Below are positions 42,201 to 49,615 of a stretch of 64,000 bases of DNA, one piece after another. The position numbers and the translations under genes are program-made. How positions within the stretch are numbered: the first letter of the stretch is position 1; every line of letters starts with the position of its first letter. Under the pieces are notes generated by a model. It saw only the letters and a program-made list of their open reading frames with translations. It had not been told where the DNA came from and made no database searches. Origin of the DNA: an uncultured Pseudomonadales bacterium (GTDB lineage Bacteria > Patescibacteriota > Microgenomatia > UBA1400 > PJMF01). The stretch covers positions 213,839-277,838 of the forward strand of contig CAZUHV010000001.1 of NCBI GenBank assembly GCA_964620965.1, given 5' to 3'.

Positions 42201-42981
42201 TTAGGTGGTCTGCGGCATTGTAGTCATCAAGTTTAATAAACTCGTCTTCTGTAAGGATTGTACCTTTTGAAATTTTCTTAACCATTTGTTTAACGGTTTT
42301 GTAAATTTCTTCGGTTTGTTCGAGTTGAACTTCGAGTTGTTTCTTGATTCCAGCTAACTTGTTTTTAGCTTTAAGTTCAAGTTCTGTGAGTTTAAGTTGC
42401 AAAGTTTCTTTATTTGTAACTTTTTCTTTTAGATTCTTTTGATCTCCAGCTAATGCAGTGGTAACTGCTTCCATTTCTTTCTTAGCGTTGTCACGGAGTT
42501 CGTCTTGTGCAGCAACTGCATCAACCTCTAGGTTATCAAGAACCGCAACTCTTTCCTCTGTATCAACATCTAAAACTACATATTTTGAAAAGTAGATAAT
42601 TGAGCTCAAGTTTCTTGGGCTAATATCTAAAAGTAATGAAAGTTTTGATGGAGCCCCCTTAAAGAACCAGATGTGTGCAACTGGAGCTGCCAAAGAAATG
42701 TGTCCCATTCTTTCACGTCTGACTTTTGATTGGGTAACTTCAACACCACATTTGTCACAAACAATACCTTTGTAACGAATTCTCTTGTACTTACCACAGT
42801 AACACTCGTAGTCTTTAATAGGTCCAAAGATTTTCTCGTCAAAAAGGCCATCTTTTTCTGCCTTTAAAGATCTATAGTTGATTGTTTCTGGTTTTTTAAC
42901 TTCACCGTAGGACCAAGATTTAATTGTATCTGGATCTGCGATTCTGATTTCTAGAGCTGAAAAGTTAATTATATTTTTCAT
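39286..42981 (-). CDS. rpoC: DNA-directed RNA polymerase subunit beta prime
   Basis: Zinc-binding CYCGKYKRIRYKGIVCDKCGV, NADFDGDQM catalytic motif. 1231 aa. Confidence 0.95.
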   Translation of the reverse strand: MKNIINFSALEIRIADPDTIKSWSYGEVKKPETINYRSLKAEKDGLFDEKIFGPIKDYECYCGKYKRIRYKGIVCDKCGVEVTQSKVRRERMGHISLAAPVAHIWFFKGAPSKLSLLLDISPRNLSSIIYFSKYVVLDVDTEERVAVLDNLEVDAVAAQDELRDNAKKEMEAVTTALAGDQKNLKEKVTNKETLQLKLTELELKAKNKLAGIKKQLEVQLEQTEEIYKTVKQMVKKISKGTILTEDEFIKLDDYNAADHLRVGMGAESILELVSEVDLDDLVVKLRDQVAESKGAKRLKATKRLRVVEGLRKARIKPSWMFMTVLPVIPPDLRPMVQLSGGRFATSDLNDLYRRVINRNNRLKHLIELGAPEIILRNEKRMLQEAVDSLIDGSSARASRRRQTRRPLKSLSEMLKGKQGRFRQNLLGKRVDYSGRSVIVVGPELKLNECGLPKDMALEMFKPYVLRELIVNGIAPNVKSAKHLIERHEPEVYDILEQVTKNHPVILNRAPTLHKLGMQAFFPILIEGNAIRLHPCVCSGYNADFDGDQMAVHVPLTKKAQEEAQELMMATHNLLKPANGEPITIPNKEMAMGVYYHTAINEKLDMFPGIFASKDEAYHAYQVGRLGLRQLAKVRTEVNGANKVVETTVGRLQFNDLLPEEFGFINEAVPAKRIKQLVTTAIKTLDRDTVTTLIDSIKDLGFEAATVSGISVSVSDCEMIPEKDQIIEAANKKVEEIQEQYNEGMIALEERKRLSFDVWIDTTEDIAEKTWKTYSSDNAVKVIIESGGTRASKDQVKQLAAMRGLVVDPLGNIVEMPTKSNFREGLTIFEYVTSARGSRKGLTDSAIKTADAGYLTRRLCDVSHDAIIRLEDCGTEEFITINNEDRADIFATRISGRILANDAVINGKVVAEKGTLLTTELSEELVEAGLSTVDVRSPLTCEAPKGLCAQCYGVDFSTSKMIEIGVPVGILAAQSIGEPGTQLTMRTKHKGGIVGADVTQGLPRVEELLEARNPKNQALIAEISGKVSLEETDKEIVITVRTTSSPVEEVEYKVAATADIVVEDGELVYAGQQLTSGSISPKELMVVTGLTQTQQYTIDQVQAVYESQGIPIHDKHFEVIIRKMSDKVMIESAGDTDFLTGEVIERARFMEANDEAMAAGGEPATAKVLFLGITRSSLFTSSWLSAASFQHTKNVLTDAASAGDIDDLEGLKENVIIGRLIPTSRERAELKV

Positions 42982-42990
42982 GTCGGTCTC

Positions 42991-45900
42991 CTATTCTTCG
43001 TCCTCAACTAATTCATCACTAAATTCTGATTCATCCGGCTCCATGTCCATATCTTCAGGTTCAACAAGCTCTGCATCTTCGTTGACTTCCATTTCCTCTT
43101 CAGAATTTTCGAAGTCATCAGCTGGCATATCTTCTGGAGAAAGTTCAACTGTTTCTTCAGTTTCGATTTCTTCTTCTTCCTCAATTTCATGAGGAACAAC
43201 GTCTATACCAAGTGAGTTAAGCTCTCTCATTAACACTCTGAAAGATTCAGGAACTGTTGGTTCTGGAATATCAAGTCCTTTAACGATGGATTCAAATGCT
43301 TTTGCACGACCCATGACGTCGTCAGACTTAATTGTAAGCATTTCTTGCAGTGTGTGTGCTGCTTTATGTGCTTCAAGTGCCCAGACTTCCATTTCTCCGA
43401 GTCTTTGACCACCCATTTGTGCTTTACCACCAAGAGGTTGTTGTGTGACTAAAGAATATGGACCAGTTGAACGTGCATGCATCTTGTCTTCCACCATGTG
43501 TGAAAGTTTTAAGATGTAACCAATACCAACTGTTGTTGTCTCAGCAAATTTTTCACCAGTTCTACCGTCAATTAATTGAGCTTTTCCAGTAACTGGAAGA
43601 CCTGCTCTTTCAAGTTCTTGCCAAATCTTTGCTTCGTTGAATTGTTCGAAAGCTGGGATAGCAATCTTGTAACCAAGTTTTTGTGCTGCCCAACCTGCGT
43701 GTGCTTCCAAAAGCTGTCCAAGATTCATACGAGCCAAGACAGAAAGTGGAGAAATAATAATATCAACTGGAGTACCGTCTTCTAGGTGTGGCATATCTGC
43801 AGTTGGAACAATCTTAGAAATAACACCTTTGTTTCCGTGTCTTCCTGCCAACTTGTCACCAACAGTGATTTTTCTTACTTGAGCAACTCTTACAGTGACT
43901 TCTTTAAGAGTACCTGGATCAAGCTCGTCACCAAGTTCTGCATCTAAGACTTGAACTTCAATAACTGTACCAGCTTGACCATGTGGGAGTCTCAATGAGG
44001 TATCTCTCACTTCTCTGGATTTTTCACCAAAGATAGCTCTTAATAATCTTTCTTCTGGAGAAAGTTCTGTTTCACCTTTTGGAGCAATCTTACCAACTAA
44101 GATATCACCAGAGGTAACAACTGAACCTACACGGATAATACCTTCTGGAGTTAAGTTTGAAAGATAGACTTCTGAAACATTAGGAATATCATTTGTAAGT
44201 TCTTCAGGACCTAGTTTAGTGTCCATGACTTTTGCTTTGTATTCATTAATCTGAACAGAGGTTAGAGTGTCATCTTTAACTAATCTTTCAGAGATAACGA
44301 TAGCGTCTTCATATCCAAGACCTTCAAATGATGCATATGCGATTGTAAGGTTTGCACCAAGTGCTAACTCACCACCATCTGCTGCAGGACCGTCAATAAT
44401 AACGTCACCTTCTTTGATTTTGTCACCAACTTTAACGATTGGTCTTTGTGAGTATGAAGTTGATTGTGATGTTCTCATGAACTTAGTAATAGTATAGGTT
44501 TCGACTCCATCTGCATAATGATAAAGTTCATCATTAAGTTCTTCTGCCTCAGCTTCTGCTTTCTTTGCTGCAGGTTTGCTCAACTCAACAACAATTTTGC
44601 TTGCATCAACATAAGAAACAGTTCCATCATGTAGGGCTTTAACTGTTCTATTCATTGCTGTTGCGATAGCACCTTCCATACCAGTACCAACAATTGGGGA
44701 TTGTGGTCTCACTAATGGGACTGCTTGACATTGCATGTGAGTACCCATCAAAGCACGGTTTGCTTCGTCATTAGCAATAAATGGAATCAATGATGCTGAA
44801 GTACCAATCACTTGGTGTGGAACAACGTCAATATATTGGACAGCTTCTACTGGACCTTCAGTAAAGTTGTTCATAAAACGCATAGCAACCCATTCATCTT
44901 GAATGACACCCTTGTCATCCATATTGACACTTGCGTGAGTAATTCTGTAGTCTTCTTCTTCGTCTGCAGAAAGATAGGTAATTTCATCAGAAACAACCAT
45001 CTTGCCATTTTTGTTTTCAACTTTTCTGTATGGAGCTTCCAAGAACCCAAAGTTGTTGACTTTTGCATATAAAGAAAGGTAGGTAACCAAACCAATGTTT
45101 GGACCTTCTGGAGATCTGACCGGGTCAATTCTTGAGTATTGTGATGCATTGATGTCACGCATAGAAAATGATGCGCGTTCTCTGGTAACACCACCGGTAC
45201 CCATAACTGACAAACGTCTTAAGTTATCAATTTCTGAAAGTGGGTTTGTTTGGTCTAAAATTGTTGAAAGTCTGTTTCTTCTAAAGAACTCTGAAATTGT
45301 AGCAATCAGTGGTCTTGCATTAACTAAAGCTGCTGGGGTAAGCACATCTTCAGTCTTTGTAAGAGACATTTTTTCACGAATAGATTTTTCTAATCTGATT
45401 AAACCAATTCTGAAAGCTGATTCTTTAACTAACTCACCAATTTGTCTGACTCTACGGTTTGAAAGGTGGTCGATATCATCAACTTTACCTTGACCATTTT
45501 GGAGTTTGAGCAAGTATTTAACTGCTGCAACAATGTCGTCTGCAGTTAAAATAGTAGTATCCGCAGCGACAGAAACACTTAATCTTCTATTAAGTTTGTA
45601 TCTACCAACTCTACCAAGATCATATCTCTTTGGATCAAAGAAAAGTTGTTTAAAGTATTCTCTTGAGGTTTCTAAGACTGCTGGTTCACCAGGTCTCATT
45701 TTTTCATAAATCTCGATTAATGCTTCTTCTTGAGTTTTTGTAGCATCTTTTTCGATTGTGTTTGCAATTAAGTTATATTCATCTGCTGCAATTTCATCTT
45801 TGAGTAAATCTAAAATTTCTTCATCTGAAGCAAATCCGAGTGCTCTTAAAAGAACAGTTACAGGGATTTTTCTTCTTCTGTCGATTTTAACGGTAATAAC

Positions 45901-46437
45901 ATCTCTCTTACCAACTGTGATTTCAATCCATGAACCTCTTTTTGGTCTTAATTCTGCAGTGTACAAGTTTCTTCCGAGCATATTTTCCATAGCTCCGCTA
46001 AAGAAAACACCTGGAGATCTAACTAATTGGGTAACAACGGCACGCTCAATACCATTAATAATAAAGGTACCAATCTTGGTCATTTTTGGGATATCACCCA
46101 AAAAGACTTCTTGGGTTTTTTCTTCCCCAGTTCTTTTGTTAATCAAGGTAGCTTCAACATATAAAGGCATGTCATAGGTGACACCTTTATTTTTAGCTTG
46201 GGTTACAGTGTACTTTGATCTACCAAATCTGAATTCTCCAAAAGAAAGAGACCAGTTTTTACCTGTATAGTCTTCAATTCCTTTTTCACCGTTAACGTCT
46301 TGTAAAGCCTCTTTAACACCTGAGCTTAAAAAATCTTTATAAGAATCTAACTGCAACTTAATTAAATCTAGTTCTGGGAGAACTGTGTGTGATTGTCCCC
46401 AATTTTGTCGAAGATCTTGCTTCATAAAAGGCTCCAT
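42991..46437 (-). CDS. rpoB: DNA-directed RNA polymerase subunit beta with roughly 70-aa acidic C-terminal tail
   Basis: 1148 aa. Conserved blocks, for example the rifampicin-region motifs, and an Asp/Glu-rich tail EEEEEIETEE...LVEDEE. Confidence 0.95.
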   Translation of the reverse strand: MEPFMKQDLRQNWGQSHTVLPELDLIKLQLDSYKDFLSSGVKEALQDVNGEKGIEDYTGKNWSLSFGEFRFGRSKYTVTQAKNKGVTYDMPLYVEATLINKRTGEEKTQEVFLGDIPKMTKIGTFIINGIERAVVTQLVRSPGVFFSGAMENMLGRNLYTAELRPKRGSWIEITVGKRDVITVKIDRRRKIPVTVLLRALGFASDEEILDLLKDEIAADEYNLIANTIEKDATKTQEEALIEIYEKMRPGEPAVLETSREYFKQLFFDPKRYDLGRVGRYKLNRRLSVSVAADTTILTADDIVAAVKYLLKLQNGQGKVDDIDHLSNRRVRQIGELVKESAFRIGLIRLEKSIREKMSLTKTEDVLTPAALVNARPLIATISEFFRRNRLSTILDQTNPLSEIDNLRRLSVMGTGGVTRERASFSMRDINASQYSRIDPVRSPEGPNIGLVTYLSLYAKVNNFGFLEAPYRKVENKNGKMVVSDEITYLSADEEEDYRITHASVNMDDKGVIQDEWVAMRFMNNFTEGPVEAVQYIDVVPHQVIGTSASLIPFIANDEANRALMGTHMQCQAVPLVRPQSPIVGTGMEGAIATAMNRTVKALHDGTVSYVDASKIVVELSKPAAKKAEAEAEELNDELYHYADGVETYTITKFMRTSQSTSYSQRPIVKVGDKIKEGDVIIDGPAADGGELALGANLTIAYASFEGLGYEDAIVISERLVKDDTLTSVQINEYKAKVMDTKLGPEELTNDIPNVSEVYLSNLTPEGIIRVGSVVTSGDILVGKIAPKGETELSPEERLLRAIFGEKSREVRDTSLRLPHGQAGTVIEVQVLDAELGDELDPGTLKEVTVRVAQVRKITVGDKLAGRHGNKGVISKIVPTADMPHLEDGTPVDIIISPLSVLARMNLGQLLEAHAGWAAQKLGYKIAIPAFEQFNEAKIWQELERAGLPVTGKAQLIDGRTGEKFAETTTVGIGYILKLSHMVEDKMHARSTGPYSLVTQQPLGGKAQMGGQRLGEMEVWALEAHKAAHTLQEMLTIKSDDVMGRAKAFESIVKGLDIPEPTVPESFRVLMRELNSLGIDVVPHEIEEEEEIETEETVELSPEDMPADDFENSEEEMEVNEDAELVEPEDMDMEPDESEFSDELVEDEE

Positions 46438-46623
46438 TCTACTTACTTCACTCGAGGTAATAATTCTTTATCCACTAAAAAATGGCAGAGGTAACTCTAG
46501 GATTAAACTCTCTGCTTAAATTATTATTTAGTTTGACTTGAAGTCATGTACTGTATTGTACTCAAGAAACTACCCCACTAATTTTTTGTACACTGAACTG
46601 CCGATTATAACAAAAGTTGTTCA

Positions 46624-47610
46624 TTAACGCAAGTATTTATTTATATTTGCGTTATGTTGTTCAAGGGTTTCTGCAGTATATATTGAACCGTCATTTGCGT
46701 GAATATAAAATAGGTCGTCACTTTCCAGAGGTAAAAGCGTAGCTTTAATTGCATCGAAGCCTGGATTTGCGATAGGTTGTGGAGGTAAACCAGGATGCAA
46801 ATAAGTATTAAAAGAAGACTCTAGTTGTTTTTGTGCTGCAGTTGGAGGAGCCCACCAAGTTTGTTCTTGGGTATTATAGCCAGCAACATACTGTAAAGTT
46901 GCATCAACCTGTAGTGCCATACCTAAATCAATCCTGTTCCACAATATACCTGCGACTTGACGCATTTGCTCATAGTTACGAGCCTCTCTTTCTACTAAAG
47001 ATGCCATAATTAAAACGTCTTCAAAATCTCTGTTCGATTCTGATATTTCTTCAGACAAACCTTGTACAATTTTTCTTTCAAACGTATTTACAAGCATGCT
47101 GTGAATATTTTCTGTAGACATCTCTCGAGGAACTAAATAAGTATCTGGAAATAGCATCCCCTCTGAATCTTTGGCTAACTCTAAAAATTCTTCCTGGTCA
47201 AATGAATCGAGGTCTTGTTGAGCCAAACTTTCTGCAATTTCTTCTGTACGCCACCCTTCCAAAATTGTAATCCAGGTATCTTGAGTTCCGGTTGTAAGCT
47301 GTTTTGCAACTTCATAAGTAGTTAAGTTCGGGGCAATATCAAATGATCCTGCCTGTATAGCTGGCGCTAAATTTGTAAAACTCACAATCAAACGAAACAC
47401 AAATGCATTTTTAATTAAGCCACTCTCCTCTAAGCGGGAACCAATAATACTGATTGCTTGACCCTTTGGAATAACAAAACGAATTGTTTCTGCCTGAGTA
47501 CTTACAGGTTGTGAAAGTGTATAAAACACCATAAGTGGAGTAAGTAAGAGAAAAAACCCCAGCAAGGTCCAGAGTAATATGAATTTTTTGATTTTTTTAA
47601 ACATATCCAT
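46624..47610 (-). CDS. mltG: endolytic murein transglycosylase MltG (YceG family)
   Basis: N-terminal TM, LVEREARNYEQMRQVAGILWNRI...DATLQY. Start placed at ATG with an AAGAGA RBS; the track start overlaps ruvX. Confidence 0.75.
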   Translation of the reverse strand: MDMFKKIKKFILLWTLLGFFLLLTPLMVFYTLSQPVSTQAETIRFVIPKGQAISIIGSRLEESGLIKNAFVFRLIVSFTNLAPAIQAGSFDIAPNLTTYEVAKQLTTGTQDTWITILEGWRTEEIAESLAQQDLDSFDQEEFLELAKDSEGMLFPDTYLVPREMSTENIHSMLVNTFERKIVQGLSEEISESNRDFEDVLIMASLVEREARNYEQMRQVAGILWNRIDLGMALQVDATLQYVAGYNTQEQTWWAPPTAAQKQLESSFNTYLHPGLPPQPIANPGFDAIKATLLPLESDDLFYIHANDGSIYTAETLEQHNANINKYLR

Positions 47611-47638
47611 AATTCTTTTCTTTTGAATCATAAGTATA

Positions 47639-48019
47639 TCAGTTTTCATCAATCCAGTTCTGCAAGAATTCAGCGGCGGCAAAGTGATCTATGTTTCCAG
47701 ATCTTTTAGATTTTTTTGCATTTTTTAATTTAGTATGAACAGAATGAGAACTAAGTGTTTCGTCCATATAAATAATTGGCAAGTTTGTGTGCTTTTTTAA
47801 TTCTGATACAAATTGCTTTGTTTTCTCTGCCATCTCATTTTCTGACAATCCAACCAAAATTTGCTCTACTTCATTCTCATTACATAACGTAACTATTTCA
47901 GCAAAAAGATGTTCCGTATTTGGCAAAATTACCAGAGGATCAGCAAGTGTATGCATGGAAACCGCAGTACCAACACGAACTGTTCCATAATCAATTGCTA
48001 AAGTTTTAGGAATTTCCAT
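47639..48019 (-). CDS. ruvX: Holliday-junction resolvase-like RuvX/YqgF
   Basis: LAIDYGTVRVGTAVS...ILVGLSENEM...LPIIYMDETLSS. Start placed at the internal ATG (MEIPKTL); the 77-aa upstream extension runs into the GC-rich islet and is spurious. Confidence 0.8.
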   Translation of the reverse strand: MEIPKTLAIDYGTVRVGTAVSMHTLADPLVILPNTEHLFAEIVTLCNENEVEQILVGLSENEMAEKTKQFVSELKKHTNLPIIYMDETLSSHSVHTKLKNAKKSKRSGNIDHFAAAEFLQNWIDEN

Positions 48020-48063
48020 ATAGCTATTGTAGCATTGATGTAGATATGCAGGTGCAGATATGA

Positions 48064-48092
48064 AAATGCCTGGCTTTACGGCCAGGCATTTG
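48064..48092 (-). terminator. GC-rich hairpin at the 3' edge of the GC-rich islet
   Basis: AATGCCTGGC-TTTACG-GCCAGGCATT, a 10-bp stem followed on the minus strand by TTTTCAT. Confidence 0.4.
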
Positions 48093-48111
48093 ACAAAAAG
48101 AGGTTTAGAAA

Positions 48112-48429
48112 TTAGTCGCCTTCCCCTGCCGCTTCTGCGGCGTAGGGGTCGTAGGTGGGCGGGCAAAGCTCTGGCGAGTGAATGCTCACCAGCTTGGTCC
48201 CTGAAGCCTCGTACAAAATCCCATCTTGGGAGATGTACTTGGCTTGCCAACTATACATGCTGGTGCCCGTGCTGGGCTCCAGCGAGTTGGAAACATCATC
48301 CATCCTTTCGGCCTGGCAAGATCTTGGGGCGATCGGGTCGCCCTTCTCGACTTCTCCTCCAACTCCGGCGCTTGCAACTGCAAGGCCGACGAGGATCAAA
48401 ATAACTACTACAGTCAGAAACTTTTTCAC
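48112..48429 (-). CDS. small secreted or membrane-anchored protein encoded in a roughly 65% GC islet (possible recent horizontal acquisition)
   Basis: GTG start with AAGGTGA RBS. N-terminal hydrophobic signal VKKFLTVVVILILVGLAVASA. About 105 aa with two Cys. GC content is far above the flanking 35%. Confidence 0.45.
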   Translation of the reverse strand: MKKFLTVVVILILVGLAVASAGVGGEVEKGDPIAPRSCQAERMDDVSNSLEPSTGTSMYSWQAKYISQDGILYEASGTKLVSIHSPELCPPTYDPYAAEAAGEGD

Positions 48430-48476
48430 GGTATCACCTTGAAAAATTGAGATAACTGGGGAGCTTCTTATGGCAA

Positions 48477-48520
48477 CCCCAGAAGAAAAAGTACACATTT
48501 CCATACTTTTTCTTCTGGGG
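48477..48520. repeat. 16-bp perfect inverted repeat (hairpin) immediately upstream of the GC-rich islet gene
   Basis: CCCCAGAAGAAAAAGT...ACTTTTTCTTCTGGGG with a roughly 12-nt loop. Confidence 0.5.
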
Positions 48521-48664
48521 TCTTACTAACCTCTTTTAATGTACCGTATTTTGTAACAATACAAACTGTTATTCGCATTGAATAACGCCTCTATGTGGCA
48601 CAAAACACAAGCGAGATCATTATATCACTATAACAACAAAATGTAAATGCTATGGGACAATATT

Positions 48665-49615
48665 TTACTTCTCAACAAGTTGAGCTGTAATAACACCTCT
48701 TCGCAGGTATGTTCCCTCTGGTGTACAGGTAACAAGCTTCAACTGCCGAGCATCATATTTTTGAGTAAGGATATACACATCCTCAGGCTTAACTTCCGTT
48801 TTACCATTCACAACATAGGTATATCGAACTCCACCAGCAGTAACATAGATTTCGTCACCTGCCTTCAAAGTCATAATCGTGCTAAAAATTGAGTTATATC
48901 TTCTTGGGTTTTTCACACTTGGGTTGTAAAACTGACGCAACACAGAATGACCAAAAATCACTGGAGCACCTGGTTCTCCTGGCAATGCAGTGCCAGCATA
49001 GGAAATCAAGCTCTTATTTAAATCTGTTCCGCCAACCACAACAAGTGCATTTTCTATGTTTAGTTTTGGAATATCAAGAATGTATTCTGTTAGTGCAGGT
49101 TGTTGTACATCTGTTTGCAATTGTGGCAAATTCCCTCCGCTAAACCAGTTTGACAGGTTTGTATAATCCAACTCTTCATCAACAATCTCTACCTCTGTTG
49201 TTTCTGATCCCAACACGTTGGATTGAGTCACAACAAGTGGAGTTACATCCATAACTTGTTCTTGAGGGATTGGCGCAGCAAGCTGCGCCATTCTTGAAGA
49301 ATCTTCATTCACATAGGCAGTAATAATTGGAACAACTGCACTTCCTACTAAATACAAACCAATCGATAAAAAGAGTAAAGGCAAAATAAATGCTCCAACT
49401 CTCACTGCTTTTGGAATCTTCTTTTTTTCAACTTCTTCTCGGATTTCGTCTTCTTTTTCCTCAATATATTCACTGACACTTAATCTTTTGAGATGCCTAG
49501 TTATTTTCTTTTCTATCTCTTCAATAGATTTTCCTTGACGCAAGGCTTTGCGATATAAATCAATTAAATCGCTTTGAATAATTTTAGGGTGTTTTTTCGA
49601 GCTATCAAACATCAT
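48665..49615 (-). CDS. sortase-family transpeptidase, membrane anchored
   Basis: Catalytic His in VIFGHSVL, LKLVTCTPEG (TLxTC Cys motif), conserved Arg after it. N-terminal TM helix. Confidence 0.65.
   Translation of the reverse strand: MMFDSSKKHPKIIQSDLIDLYRKALRQGKSIEEIEKKITRHLKRLSVSEYIEEKEDEIREEVEKKKIPKAVRVGAFILPLLFLSIGLYLVGSAVVPIITAYVNEDSSRMAQLAAPIPQEQVMDVTPLVVTQSNVLGSETTEVEIVDEELDYTNLSNWFSGGNLPQLQTDVQQPALTEYILDIPKLNIENALVVVGGTDLNKSLISYAGTALPGEPGAPVIFGHSVLRQFYNPSVKNPRRYNSIFSTIMTLKAGDEIYVTAGGVRYTYVVNGKTEVKPEDVYILTQKYDARQLKLVTCTPEGTYLRRGVITAQLVEK

Noticed and set aside
47639-48250. 203-aa form of ruvX with a 77-aa N-terminal extension
   Set aside because: The extension is read out of the GC-rich islet and is unrelated to RuvX. 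The conserved RuvX sequence starts at the internal ATG at 48019.
48060-48404. 114-aa Arg-rich plus-strand ORF in the GC-rich islet
   Set aside because: High GC yields open frames on both strands. The minus-strand frame has an RBS, a signal peptide and terminator context, while the plus frame is Arg/Leu-rich junk.
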